Positions 11,273 through 42,043 of a stretch of 64,000 bases of DNA are shown in pieces (the stretch's first letter is position 1; every line of letters begins with the position of its first letter). The notes under the pieces are model-generated. The model saw only the letters and a program-made list of their open reading frames with translations, did no database searches and was not told the DNA's origin. Source of the stretch: Anolis carolinensis. Lineage: Eukaryota. The stretch covers positions 8,574,317 to 8,638,316 of the forward strand of contig NW_026943824.1 in assembly GCF_035594765.1 (NCBI RefSeq), read 5' to 3'. The translations under genes and the position numbers were made by a program.

Positions 11273-14051
11273 TATGCTGATGCCTCCCTTTACTATATAG
11301 TGATATAATGTTGTTTGGGCTATACAAAAACTAATATTCCGTCAACGTACAGCTATTAGAGGATATGATTCTGAACAAGAGAACCCTGAACACTTTAACT
11401 CCTTATATCTTTTAGGTAGTCTTCTTCATCTTTTCCAGGATCTTCTTCGAACCTAACTGGAGTAGATCTGGACCACTGAATCAATGTTAATTGTTCCACA
11501 TTTGATTTTAATGTAGGGCAAACATCAATAAATGAAGAAGAACGTGAGACAAATGTTTATTTTCAGTCTACAATGATAATGTATAATAATAAAATACATA
11601 GTGACTAACATATATGATGGAAATAGATATATGGAATGTAATGCAAATGTTTAAATCCTTCCAAATAATTGTAAATGTAAATATAAATGTAGGGCGTATT
11701 GGTGACCTAGATTCTAGGACCTAGAATCAAAACCGGGTTGATTTTTCCTTTCAGATTTCCATTTAAAGTCAGATGTTATTCATCCCCTCTGATGTGTCAT
11801 GGAAACATAGTGATAAAGTGTAGTACTCATAATGTTTGAAGTATGAAAACATAAAAATAGCTAGAGAAGCTACTATGAAATGAGCTTCTCCAATCGGATT
11901 ATAAAACTAGAAACACTAACTTTGTGCATTTTAAATAGACTATAATCTCTTTTATCTGTTTTTCATCAGTAATTGATCTGGGTGGAATTTAAGACTCTTC
12001 AGAAGCAAACTGGGTCATTTTATTCTGTTTAGCAGATAGGCCTTAGTACTTAGTGGCGTATCAACATCAAATGCATAAAACTTTTATAATTTGTGTCCCA
12101 ATGCATAACAAAAGGTCATTTATACTACTACAGCCAGGTTGCTCCAGCCAGAATTGGCTAGGGAATTTAGGGACTTGTATACACTAAAGCAGAGCTTTCC
12201 AAACTGTGTGTCACATTACGTTAGTTTGTTCCCTGCAGTGTGTAGCTGTGTCACATGAACATAACAAGACACGTATGGTGTTACCATAAAGCCACAGGTT
12301 GCTTGAAGGCACATATATCCACATATGCTAAAAACGTATTATTCCCCACATACTCGCTTTTTCATCCAAGTAAAGAAGTGGCAACTTTTCTTACACACAT
12401 CTACACACCCAAACAGTCACAAAAATCACATCTCCAAGACCGGAGATCAATACCAGGCCTTTAATGATAATTAAAGTCCTTTTCTCATCTCCCTCCTCAC
12501 CCATCAGGTCCTTCAGGCAAAACCTTGGCAACAGTCTTATTAAAGCTAATTGAGTCAGTCAGACTCGTAATACCACAAGAAGAACTGGCTTTCATTAATT
12601 AGCCAGATGTCTCGATGTTGGAGGAAGTACATTGGCAATTTAACAAGCCTACTTTTACACAATGTTGTAAAGAGCAAATACAACTTCTGAGGATAGATCT
12701 TTCAAAGCACTGTGAAAATAATAAACATAAAATATACATGTTGAGTTGCTACTTCACCACAGCAATATAAATCCAGGGCTTAGTTTCCGGTAAACATTTA
12801 AAATGATATTGAAGGCTCATTAAGTATCCATAAAGAGAATAAAACATTAATTCACAGCACTGAGTATGTACACAACATAAACACAGGCAATGTTATCTAC
12901 AGAGCTCAGAAAATTTGCCTTTTAAATGGATTGCTCTTAAACTTATTTGGTAGTCCAGGAATGATAATTCCAAGAAGGTAAATTTTCAAAGATCCATTTG
13001 TGTCAGAATTAGTGTATCAGTGTTATAAGAATAAAAGCGGAGCACAACCTCTCTCCTTTCCCATTCCTTTTTGTTTTAGAAGGTAATCTTGATTAATCAT
13101 ACCTTGTAATATTTCACAGATTAAAACAGGGCCATTTGTGGCCATGCATCATTGGTCAAGACACAGATATTAATAGGAAAAAAACACACAAGCTAGGAAA
13201 TAATCTAGAAGTCGGCTTTTGTTTAGTATGAATGCTGAAGGTGCATCCACACAATTGTCCATGGTTACCAAAGGTGTTTCAAAATGCGCCAGCAATGAAG
13301 AGGTTCCACAAATCTTTTCCCACCCCTTGTGGTTTTGATGGCCACAGTTTTCAAAGGATGACTCACCATCTGTTGAATTTAATAACTGGAGAACTGTACG
13401 CAACATTGGCATATTACTGTAACTTCACAGCCTCTCTTTTCCAGTCAATGTTACTTCAATTATATGAACTGTATCACATTAAAACAATGCAGATTCAAAG
13501 ATGCTCCAAAAAAAAAAAGCTATGACCTTTTTGGGATGATTCTAATACAATTCAACAATTGCTACTCCATCTCAAATGAATGCTGCAGGTGCATCCACAC
13601 CACGCAACTGTAGTACTTTAATATCACTTTAAGTGCCATGGCTCTGTCCTATGAAACCGTCAGTCGTTTGGTGAGGGCTTAGACTCCTCTATCAGAAAGC
13701 TATAGTCCTACAGTTCCCCAGGAGCAAAGAACATAATTTTTTTGTACTGCACCAAACTACAGATCTCATGTTTCTACGCTGTGGACATTCACTGCTGGAC
13801 TTCATTCATTCCAGCCTGTGTCTGTTGCTGTCATCAAACTCAGCATGGAAAAGCAGGACAAGAAAATCAGGAACCAAAGCATTTGAAATGGAAATGGAGT
13901 AAATAGCTCAAGCAGCACTGCTGTAAAAAATGCCATCCTTTTAATAACGAAAGCACTAGAACTTCCCAGATTTGGGAAATACATATTTAATTTAAAAATG
14001 AGAATGGTTACATTAAAATAAACTCTACAGAATTGTCATTAGTAAAGTAGA

Positions 14052-14221
14052 TCAGGCAAACAGTTTATTTTCAAGCTTAAATTTCCTCACATGCATTTTT
14101 ATAAGGCCAATTATAGTTTCATTACCAAACATTTCTGCAAGTTGCAATGGTGTTAATCCTCCCATTGGACTTTGTACATCAGCAGTGGCATTCAGCAATA
14201 AATAGCAAATTCCCAGATGCC
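14052..14221 (-). CDS. Terminal ankyrin-repeat exon (GHLGICYLLLNATADV...GLTPLQLAEMFGNETIIGLIK...FA*)
   Basis: CAG acceptor in phase 1; GHL..LL and TPLQLA motifs; TGA stop. Confidence 0.87.
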
Positions 14222-17200
14222 CTGAACGGATATGAAACAAAGAAAGTGAGAGAGGGACAGATTGATTAACTTTTAAAATATAATGTATTTTATGAAGTAA
14301 TAGGGTTTCCCAACACATTTTTTGTCCATCTAACATAGAGGGCCTAAGGATTCCCAAACGGAATATTAAGATATTTACCCAAACTGTTGGGGAGTCCAGA
14401 AGAACCTCAAATACATCTGAAATTGTTACACTACATCCGAGGTCCTAATGCAATTATAGTTGTGTGCTATAGAATATTCTGCCAAATGGTTAATTATCCC
14501 TGACCCCTTATTCCATTTATTTCTGGAAAAACCTCTATCTCCACATTCTTAAAGTTCCCATTAGTCTTATCAAATAAAAATACCTGGATACTGATATGCA
14601 TAGGTCCCCCATCAGGAAAAAGCCAGAGTATAATTGAATAAATAAATAAGGTCTCCTTGAAATGACAAACAGGAGCTAGAGGGAATAGTTTTCATCCAGT
14701 ATAATAAAAAATACTTGATTTCCCAAGTCAAAGTACTGCCCTTGCAGTCAGAAGTGTGTCCCCTCAAAAAGACATCGATTGTATCCCATTGAAAAGCTCT
14801 ATCAACTTGTCTAATCTAGCCTTTAAAAAAGACGATGGTGCAATCTATGCACTCCTTTGTTACTGCAAAACTAAAGTGCTGGCCTAATATTTAATCTGTT
14901 AAAATATTTATATTCCAGCATTCTGCCTAACAACCAACCTCCAATAAGGGAGATTAAATGTACAACAACATAGGAAGTTCTTTTTGAAAGGAAGTGATGA
15001 CTTAAAAAGCTCTGAAGAAGTAAAGATGAAACATGTCCATGACCTTGGGCCTCAGATAAATAAAAACGTATTGGCAAGTAATACTAAATGAAATAAAATG
15101 GCCCAAAATATTACCATAAACAATAGCAAAATGTAGAGGTGTTGCTCCATCACACTGTGGATTTTGGACATTCACATTTATACCAGGGTAATGCAAAAGC
15201 AAAGAGACGAGATGCATTTTCCCAGTGTTTACAGCGGCATGAAGAGGTGTGTTTCCATTTTCTGATGCTTGGTTTACATCAGGTATAGGAAATGCCTAGA
15301 GGAAGAGAAGGAAGAGAAAGGGACAAAGCAAGAAATACATACAATGTTGTTCCTTAACCCGCTCCTAAACCCCTCCTTGGGTTCCCTCCAGAAGCTCATT
15401 TCGTTCCCATTATTCTTTGGTGATTATATAATACAATAAAAGTACCCTAAAGGGCTCACAAGTCAGTGCCACTGTGTCCTATGGGATTTACATGCAGGTA
15501 AATGTGTATGCAGCATTAATACATTTAATTCCTCCTAATATTAGCAGAGATCGAAAAGGGTAAATAGAACAAAATCTACACTACTGACCATTTCCAGGAA
15601 ATAATCCAAAATCTTAGACTGATCATATATAGTGGCTAAAAATAAAAGGTTTCTGTTTTTTTCATCCACAACACCAAGATCCAGCTTTTGGCTTCTAACA
15701 AGATAATCCAAGACATCCGGGTATCCCAGCTGAACTGCCTGGAGAGCTCTGAGGAGAAACAAAGCAAATATGCCAACAGTTAACCCTGGATGGAACAGAA
15801 TGCCAAAAAAGCAAAAGACTTTGCATAATTTACTTTTCTAAAGAGATTGATTGGCAATGGCCATTTACATTTCTAAGATCTTTACTCAGAAGCAAAGAAT
15901 ACCAAGGACAGTGAGACCGAAACCCTCGGTCAGAGGAAGAGCTAATCTAACTAAAAGAATCAGATTGAGATAACCTGTTGCGATTGGTCATATTCATAGT
16001 ATCATGTCTTTCTAAGGCTTCAAGGTACCAAATATCAGTTTAGAAGAGGCATTCTTCTTTGTCCCACATAATAGACAAAAGACCCCTTAAAGGCACTAGA
16101 TCATGTCTGTTCTTAGACATACACACAAAAATAAATGTGCATCTTCTAAAAAGAAAACCAGTATCCAAATAATAATTTTTATTCACCAATTAATCCGTTC
16201 TTTAACTGATCAAGTCAGATTTCTTGGTGCTGGCAACAGTTTCTTCCATTTTGCATCTGAGAATCAGACAAAACATCCTTGGCTGCAATGCAGCACCTCA
16301 GATACAGTTCCCTAATAGACTTGTCCATGAACAGAGGGATCTTTCTGAACATGTAGAGTATTTTTGGTTACAAGAAACAGCAAGAAGCCCCCATCCAGTC
16401 AGCTCTGGAGTGTTCCCCAGACACCTGGCTCAGCCTCCTTTCTTTAAGAGTAGATCGTCTTTTCCCTGGTGTGATATGATGCAAGCTTATGGCAAGACTG
16501 AGCAACATCTGGGGGTGGTAAATAAGTTTGTGTATACACACAGTATGCCAGTTGCAGAATGCTAAGGCAGCTCTGTTTTCCAAAGAAAAATGTCCTGAGA
16601 GGGCACACACTGGCCAAACCATTAAAAGAATGCCCACTGCTAAATATGCTAAAATTTAATGAGATCTGTAGGCGGACTCAAATACTAAAACACTGGTATT
16701 TGGGCAAGCTACATCAGACTAAATAGCCTCTTTGTCAGATTAATGGAATATTCAAACAAATACTAATTTGGTCTTTCATAAGTTCAACCCTCAGAGATCC
16801 CAGTAAGCACAACAAATGAATAGTGAGACTGAGTTGGAAGTCCCAAACATTGAAAATCTGTGATATCGACTATAAACCAGTAGCTAGGCAGAACAAGAGT
16901 AATTTTTCAACTTGCTACATAGTTCTGAAACAATGGCTCCCCTCCCAATATTATTGGACTGCAACATGCATCAGCCTTAGTAGTATCAATGTTGAGCCAG
17001 CATTTAACTATTGCTGGAAAGCCACATTTTCTACCCTGATGCAGCTCTTACATGGCCATGCTCTCTTTGACCTCATTGACCTTGTGCCATAGATCTTGCA
17101 AGCCCTAGTCACTCTCACTATCTGAATGTCCAATGTTACATGAAAGCAGAAGGAAAAATCAGAACAAAATAGATTCTTGTGTCCAGTTACACAAGATAAG

Positions 17201-20200
17201 ATCAAAGAATGACAAAGGTGAGAAGCAAGATAGAAAAAGGCAAGATTGTTTAGTGTTCATCAAGATTTTATTTTTTCTTCTTTTCAATAGTTTATTTTAA
17301 AAAATAACAGTAGCACAAGCAAATATGTAGTTTCTACAGCTCATACATCATGCTGACCATTCTAATAGTAAGAGAAAGGTTTTGGATTAAGATATATTTT
17401 AGGTGACATTGGAATGTTGGGAAACTGAAAGACATTTCTTTTAAAAACCCAATATTGAAATAGACTTCAAACTTTTGGCCTCTATCTCCCTCCTGTGGTG
17501 CAAGTAGGCAATTCCCAGACCGGTTTCAAAAAACTAGTAGTTCTGTAGATTCCGAATTTGTTCCCATTTGCTACTGCTTGACTGAATTGAAAAATGCAAC
17601 TGTTAATATAGTTTCCCATGACGTATAAATGTTGACCACATTTGCACAGCAAAACAAGTCATGGTGTGGTTTGCTAACAATTGACATGTTATGAAATACA
17701 AATCTTTCTCTGCTAACAAAACATTTTTCTAGCACTCACAAACCACAATCTGAATCCATAGTTAACGGTGAGCTTACAAAGGATGGCTTATGATCCAACC
17801 CACAACTGTGGCTTTTTTCTTTTTCTACTCAAGTCAGAAACATAGGCAGGCAAAAGAGACAGGAGATGAACAAATAGAATCATATAGTGTTTGCCTGTCT
17901 GTCGTGCAATTTGGGATATAAAAACACAAACCATGGATTATCAAGACATGCAAATGTTGAAATGAAAGAGCCATGTTCACCCAGAGCTAGATGGAGACAA
18001 TTAGCAAAACATAACAAATGACCAGATTTATGGAGCAAGAGGTGAATGGTAGATTACTGTATTAAAGAAATGTTTTCACTGCTGAAGGGGTTGTATGTCG
18101 TGTGTTAGGATCAAGGCAATTATGATCTTTTTAAAAAATCAGTGTAGACAAGATCTCAGTTACGTATGGCAAAGTAGCTTCAGTCTCATGCAATCTTATA
18201 GTGATTTAGCTATGCTGATCCCAGAAGCATCAACAACTATTAAGGATATGTAAAAATCTCAGTTTTTCTACTGCCTGGAGTATATATTTTTTATAGAAGA
18301 GAAAACCTAACAAATGAAACTAGCAATGAAAATAAAAACATTGATAGTGTATTGTGACCTTTAGTGTTACATACAAAATTGAGTACAGGCACATATTTAG
18401 TTCAAGGTTATTTGAAAGTATTAATTTGCAGATAATGTCCACAATCCAACAAAAGTCACTCCCTTGTGCAAGTTCTGTAGAAAAGAATTGATTTTAATGC
18501 ATGTCCCCAGTGATTTCATAAAGCAGTGTAACATTTGTATCAGTTCTATAATAAGGAAATAAGGAAAACACACTACTTAAGGAATTCCTTTTCTAAAGTA
18601 TGCTTACCTTTCTTTAACCACTTCATTGGATTGCTTTCTATTGGCAGAAACAGAACTCTTGTCAGGTTGTTCAGAAGACTGCTGGGTATGGACCAATGTC
18701 TTATAGAACTGAATTTTAAAAAGCACGACATTTAGTGAGCAATCTTATATCTTAATTCCAATTCTGTCAATACTTTGGAAACATACACTTAAAAAAAATA
18801 AAACCACTGAATGCTTTTGCATCATTTTATATAAAGAAATCCCCTTTATCTTAAAATTATATGCAGGCTTGCTAAGGAACCATTTTGTTGTATTTTGATA
18901 GAATCTTAGCTTGACAGTGTAATAAAATTGATTTTATGAAATACACACAGATGTTCCAAAAGTAGAAGGTGCCAGCTTTACAAGTACGTTATAATCTAAT
19001 CCATAACTTAATTAAATTGAACCATCTGAAGTTTTGTTGACAATATATAACTCTTTTAACATAGCAGGATTTGAAGGTGAGCATTCAAAGAACCTGGAGA
19101 CCTGGTTGAGATTCAACCATATACTTTGTCTCCCAACTGGTTTCTAGTTATTTCAGCATCAGCCATTGATGTGAAAAGGTTTTGAGAAGAGTGAATAAGT
19201 ACAGTTTATAAACAGTAAACAAGGAAACTGGCTTACTACCATTATAGCCAAACAAACTGTTAAAACAACTTGCACAAGATGAGGTTGAATACAGCACTTC
19301 CCTTAAATTCTTCAGTTTAAAAGTGATGTTAAGTCATACTGTCACAAATTTCAGCAAATCCATTCCATTCAGCTCTACTGGAATATTTCAAGTGTTTAAT
19401 CATCAAATTCAAGTCAAGGATACAGTTTGCATTAAAATACAAGTACATCAAATCCATTCATCAAGACACTTTTGAAAGAAATGCTATAAAGTTACATATG
19501 TATATACACACAGATTTTAAGCAAAGCCAAGAGAGTCATTGCAAGCATACCCAGCAGTCTTCGAATCCATTTTAATATGAAGACAGGTGTGCTGTGTAGC
19601 ACTGCTTTTCAAGAAAAAGAAACTCAAAGTCCCCTGGCTTGCAGAACAAACTGTGTCATTCACTGGATTCCAGTCCTAATAATTCATTGCACAGATCTTT
19701 AAAAGCTGTTGCAGCTCAAATTCTATTTTTCACAGCAAAACACTAAAGACCAAGAGCCACCTCCTTTTCCCCAAATGCTTGAAGACAGGGCTTTGGAATA
19801 CATGATGTTGTAGTTTCTAATTTCACTATGTTCTAACTGGACAGGCCCACTTCTGAGGAATTATGGGAACAGCAGATCACCAACATCTGCAGTTCCACAG
19901 ATCCCCCAGTCCTGATTCAAGAGGTAAATATTCCCATTGGCTCCTGCAGTCTAGGTCTCCATCTTCAGAGGTTTTGTCAAATACAATTTAATACAACAAG
20001 CACACAGGTTTTTTTCAAGCAGAGATGCCATTCAGGGAGAGATGAGGTGCTTCAACTGACATCCAATACTGTAAAATACATGTGATTATTCTTTAGAAGC
20101 ACTTATGCCACACTTATGAAGAGGCACACAAGAACAGCAGACACTGAAAGCTGACACTTTAGAATATAAAATAAACAGCCACCCTGGAATCTTAACTCCA

Positions 20201-22144
20201 GACCCCTACTGAAACTGACAAAGGTGCCTCTTCTTAAGCAATACCTAAATGCATCATGATGATGTATCTGTTTGTGAATATCAAATGACTTAACACCAAG
20301 TAATAGTTATAAAGCCAGTTATGTTTTGCAGAAAACAGGATTATGTGATCATGCCTTCAGCATATTACAAGAAGTTTCTTGAATATTCTTCAAAAAGAAA
20401 TTAATTAGTGAAGACAGTTAACAGCATTGTCAGGATCTACACAATAAGCAGAGAAGAGATTTCCAGATAATTTTACTATCACAGCTCTATTAAGGAATAG
20501 TGCTTGGGAAGGCTATTTTTAGCCCCCAGAATTTCCAAACCATCAGAATGTGCAGTTGTTACCACTAAAAAATCTCACAGTGTAAACAAAGGCAGCTACA
20601 TTTAGAAATGACCCTTCAACAACAGCCAAAATCAGAGATACACGTCATGTTTATAAGTCCCTAAATTACTTCAGGAATGGTAGTATATGCTCACAGTAAC
20701 ATGCACAACAGGGTTGCACAGAACAGAAAGCAGGAATTTGGTGTTTTTTTTTTACCATGTGTAAATATGATGAAAAATTGATATGTACTACCATCACATG
20801 CATGAAACAGATCACAGTACTGCAGCATTCAAATACATCCCTGTAATATGATGTATATTCTATGTTAATTCACAAGTGATTCTACAGAGAGGGCAATCTA
20901 TGGCCCCACAGACATTTCAGATTTACCCATCCAGCCAAGCTATTGGGAAAAAAGTATGGAGGCTACTGCTGAAACCCCATTGAGGGCCATAAGCTCCCAC
21001 CTAATGATAGCAGGATGGGGTCCTAAAGACTGTTTTCCAGTCTCCAGTCATTTTGTAACCCCAATGTTATCCAAAAGGCTTGAAAAGCAACCAAAATATT
21101 TCCATAATATCTAACAGCTAAAAAGTATTCTGACATTTCACTGTAATGCTAACTTGGTAATGCTATTCAATCTCAATTGTCTAGGTTCTTAATAAAAACA
21201 CATTACCAAATAAAAATAATTAAAGTACTTCATCTTGGCACCTGGTGGATTTTAAAACAACCTTGCAGGGAATACATAAAATAATCATAATTAGCATTTC
21301 TGAACTACTGTGTTTTTACCTTCACTATTGCTTGCCAAAGACTGGCGAGTGCAAATGCTCGTATAGCTAGCAACCACTGAGTTATTTGAGGGTTCTTGAT
21401 TGTGTACTGTATGTTTGAAAGCATTTCCTTATATTCAGATGCATCTACTGAAGACATGAGGTTTAAGTAGTCAAGAAAAACTAATGCATTCTGGTTGTTC
21501 AGAAGTCCCATGTGATATTCACTGAGTGAAGCAGCAAGAATAGAGTTCAACTCTGAAGGCTGGATTTCATTGGAGTCTGGTCCCTCAAGAAACGCAAGGC
21601 GAACTTCATCCTCGATAACTCCCATTTCCAATTCCAACAGTTGTTGTTTTTGATTTAACTGGAGCTCAGACAGCCAGAAATGTGCAAAGTGAACAAAGTT
21701 GTCTCCAGAACAACTCCATTCCCCCATCTCACTAATGAGGTTTTGGGCTGTATCCAGCCAGCCCGCCACTGCAGTACTATCAAAATTATTAAAGTGCTTC
21801 TCAAATAGATCTTTTTCTGGGGAAAAAAGCACACCAAGTGATTCCTTGGAGAAAGCAACTCCACTTGCCCCTCCACTCTGATGGGGTGATGCTTTTTTGC
21901 CAATATGAGGCAGCGGGACAGCTTTAAAAAGAGAACAGTTCCTGATCTTGAGAGAGAAGAACTCCTTTTGCAAATGATTATTATCCACTTGAGAGCTTTT
22001 CACTAATGAACAGATATTTGGAAGATGAAGGATCTCATTCTGTTGATTCAGGGCATTTTTATGTAGCTGCTGATGTCCTAAATCATCTTCCTGTTCCATA
22101 TTAAAACAGATATGCATCATTCGCCTGTCCTCCAAGCTCTGCAT
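14052..22144 (-). CDS. FAM220A: FAM220A-family protein with C-terminal ankyrin repeats, 478 aa; join of 22144-21320, 18708-18608, 15748-15589, 15295-15115, 14221-14052
   Basis: All four introns are GT-AG with compatible phases (0,2,0,1); CDS is 1437 nt with no internal stop; first coding exon C-terminal half (EIQPSELNSILAASLSEY...VFLDYLNLM...EYKEML...LLAIRAFALA) matches recalled human FAM220A; syntenic position. Confidence 0.8.
15115..15295 (-). CDS. Ankyrin-repeat exon (DVNQASENGNTPLHAAVNTGKMHLVSLLL...DGATPLHFAIVYG)
   Basis: Long polypyrimidine tract + TAG acceptor, G|GTAATA donor; two canonical G-x-TPLH motifs. Confidence 0.9.
15589..15748 (-). CDS. Ankyrin-repeat exon (ALQAVQLGYPDVLDYLV...NRNLLFLATIYDQSKILDYFLEM)
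   Basis: TTTCTCCTCAG acceptor, GTCAGT donor; degenerate ankyrin consensus. Confidence 0.82.
18608..18708 (-). CDS. FAM220A-ankyrin linker exon (FYKTLVHTQQSSEQPDKSSVSANRKQSNEVVKE-R)
   Basis: TTCAG acceptor, AG|GTAAGC donor; phases 0/2 bridge the neighbouring exons. Confidence 0.72.
21320..22144 (-). CDS. FAM220A: FAM220/SIPAR-domain coding exon (275 codons; unspliced read-through gives 279 aa ending at 21305)
   Basis: Long ORF with FAM220A-like C-terminal motif; AAG|GTAAAA donor at 21320/21319. Confidence 0.88.
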
Positions 22145-22200
22145 TGTATTGAACCACAGTATATGGTAGAAAGCCTTTTAGTTGCAGCATGAATTATGAG

Positions 22201-24650
<2,450 letters not shown>

Positions 24651-24745
24651 TGCTTTGCTTTCCTCCAATGACACCTGCCCCAGTTTGGCGCCTAAAATCT
24701 CCTCCCCTTTGCATGAATTGGCCCTTTTGTACATTAATAATAATA

Positions 24746-25066
24746 CAGTAGAGTCTCACTTATCCAACACTCGCTTATCCAAGGTTCTGGATTATCCAAC
24801 GCATTTTTCTAGTCAATGTTTTCAATATATCGTGATTTTTTGGTGCTAAATTCATAAATACAGTAATTACTACATAGCATTACTGCATATTGAACTACTT
24901 TTTCTGTCAAATTTGTTGTATAACATGATGTTTTGATGCTTAATTTGTAAAATCATAACCTAATTTGATGTTTAATAGGCTTCTCCTTAATCTCTCCTTA
25001 TTATCCAACATACGTATTCGCTTATCCAACGTTCTGCCGTCCCGTTTACATTGGATAAGTGTACTG
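24746..25066. mobile_element. Tc1/mariner-type MITE (about 320 bp)
   Basis: TIR CAGTAGAGTCTCACTTATCCAA (right TIR partly deleted), TA TSD; 5 copies in window. Confidence 0.85.
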
Positions 25067-25262
25067 TAATAATAATAATATCAATATTAATATTACAGTA
25101 TAGTGTCATAGTACAATATAGTAATATATAATGCTCATATTGTGCTATGTTAATCATATAGCATATTGTATATACATATAATTTGTAAGCTGCTCTGAGT
25201 CCTCTTCAGAGTGAGAAGGGCGAGATATAATTGTAGAAAATAAATAAATAAGAATACTAATA

Positions 25263-25503
25263 AGGAAGCAGCCAGGCTTTGAAGCTGCAAGGCTATTCAA
25301 TGCTACTCAAGCTAGCCAATTGCAACATTCACAGGCAGTCAAGAGGTCTTTCTCCCACCCTTGACATTCCACAGATAAATAAACCCCACTTGCCTCGTTT
25401 CCAACACAACCCCTGAGGATGCCTGCCATAGGTGTGGGCAAAACGTCAGGAGAGAATGCTTCTGGAACATGGCCAGACAGCCTGGAAAACTCACAGCAAC
25501 CCA
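25263..25503 (+). mobile_element. Penelope-like repeat fragment (GAAA box mutated)
   Basis: Homologous to the 8300-8453 unit. Confidence 0.6.
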
Positions 25504-25790
25504 ATAATAATAATAATTGATTACCTGCCTCTCCTCATAGATTGAGGCAGGTTACAACATACTAATAATAATAATAATAATAATAACAATAATATATCTG
25601 CCTCTCCTGATAGCTTGAGACGGGTTATAACAAAATCGTAATAATAAAAATAATTATTTATTGCCCACCTTTCCTGATAGCTTGAAACAGGTTACAGCAA
25701 AGTAGTTAATAATAATAATAATTTTTTACCTACCTCTCCTGATAGCTTGAGGCGGGTTACAGTAAATAATAATAATAATAATAATAATTT
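25504..25790. repeat. Minisatellite of four hairpin + (AAT)n units
   Basis: Unit approximately ACCTGCCTCTCCTGATAGCTTGAGGCAGGTTACA separated by AAT repeats. Confidence 0.75.
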
Positions 25791-26259
25791 ATTGGGTTGC
25801 TGTGAGTCTTTCAGGCTGTATGGCCATATTCCAGAAGCTTTCTCTCCTGAGAAATTTAAGGACCAAAAGGCCATGAAGCCCAGTTTTTCACAGTTTGCCA
25901 CTTTGTGTCTCTTTAAGAAATTAAAAAGAGACATTATAATAGCAATAACAACTAATAATGTTTATAGTGAAGGTGGTGGCAACATGCCATATATCATCAG
26001 ATATCTTTTACTTCGTACTATTTAAAAAATACAACAAATAAAAAGGGTGGGGGTGTTGTATTCATCACCATGGACATTATTGCTCTGATCTTGTATATTC
26101 TCTGTCGTTCTGTCTCAGATTTTCCAGAATGACATCAGCATGATTCTTCTTGCAATCCACACCCACATACAGTAATTTTGCTGCTTTCCTGCCAAGATAC
26201 ACAATGCAAAGCCAATATAAAACTAAACTTCCTCAACTACACTCCTGCTCACTTCAAGC

Positions 26260-26739
26260 GAGGCTCGAGGATTGCCGGAAACACACGAAGAGCCGTACAA
26301 TTCCGGAGGAAAAATCCCCCCCCCCCCATCCTGAATATTCCTGGCACAGAAAACGCACGGCGGCCGAATCTTTCCGAACATTGACGAACGCCGCCTTAGG
26401 CCAGGATCTGCCTGAACGGAGGAGAGACTTGGCTTCCGGATATGACCGAACTCTCCCGAAGGCCTTCATCGAAGGGGCGGGGATTAAACGAAGAGGGGCC
26501 GAGTGTTTCCGAAGCTCTCCCATCCCTCCTCAGCGGCCTGGAAGACTAGGCCGGAAAGTGGAGCTCGAGCCGGAAGTGAGCGGGGCGGCCGCTTCCTGTT
26601 TCCTTTCGAGCGCCACACTCCTCCGCCCCGCGTTTAGGGTGGTGGCTGTTCCCTCAGCAGGGCTTTCGGCGGTTATTTGCCCCTCAGCCGCCTCGAGGCC
26701 CACACTCTTCTCGACGAAGCCTCACAGAGAGCCGCCCCG
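26260..26739 (+). promoter_or_regulatory. RAC1 CpG-island promoter and 5' UTR
   Basis: CpG-rich; ETS-type CCGGAAGT near 26570 and CCGGAA near 26551; GGGGCGG GC boxes; leads into the RAC1 ATG. Confidence 0.75.

Positions 26740-42043
<15,304 letters not shown>

Noticed and set aside
19551-19675. Possible 125-nt phase 0/2 alternative to the linker exon (DWNPVNDTVCSASQG...)
   Set aside because: Frame is open and a GTATGC donor exists, but the acceptor lacks a pyrimidine tract and the peptide has no recognisable features
25504-25790. CRISPR-like repeat-spacer array
   Set aside because: Eukaryotic context, spacers are (AAT)n microsatellite, repeats degenerate, no cas genes
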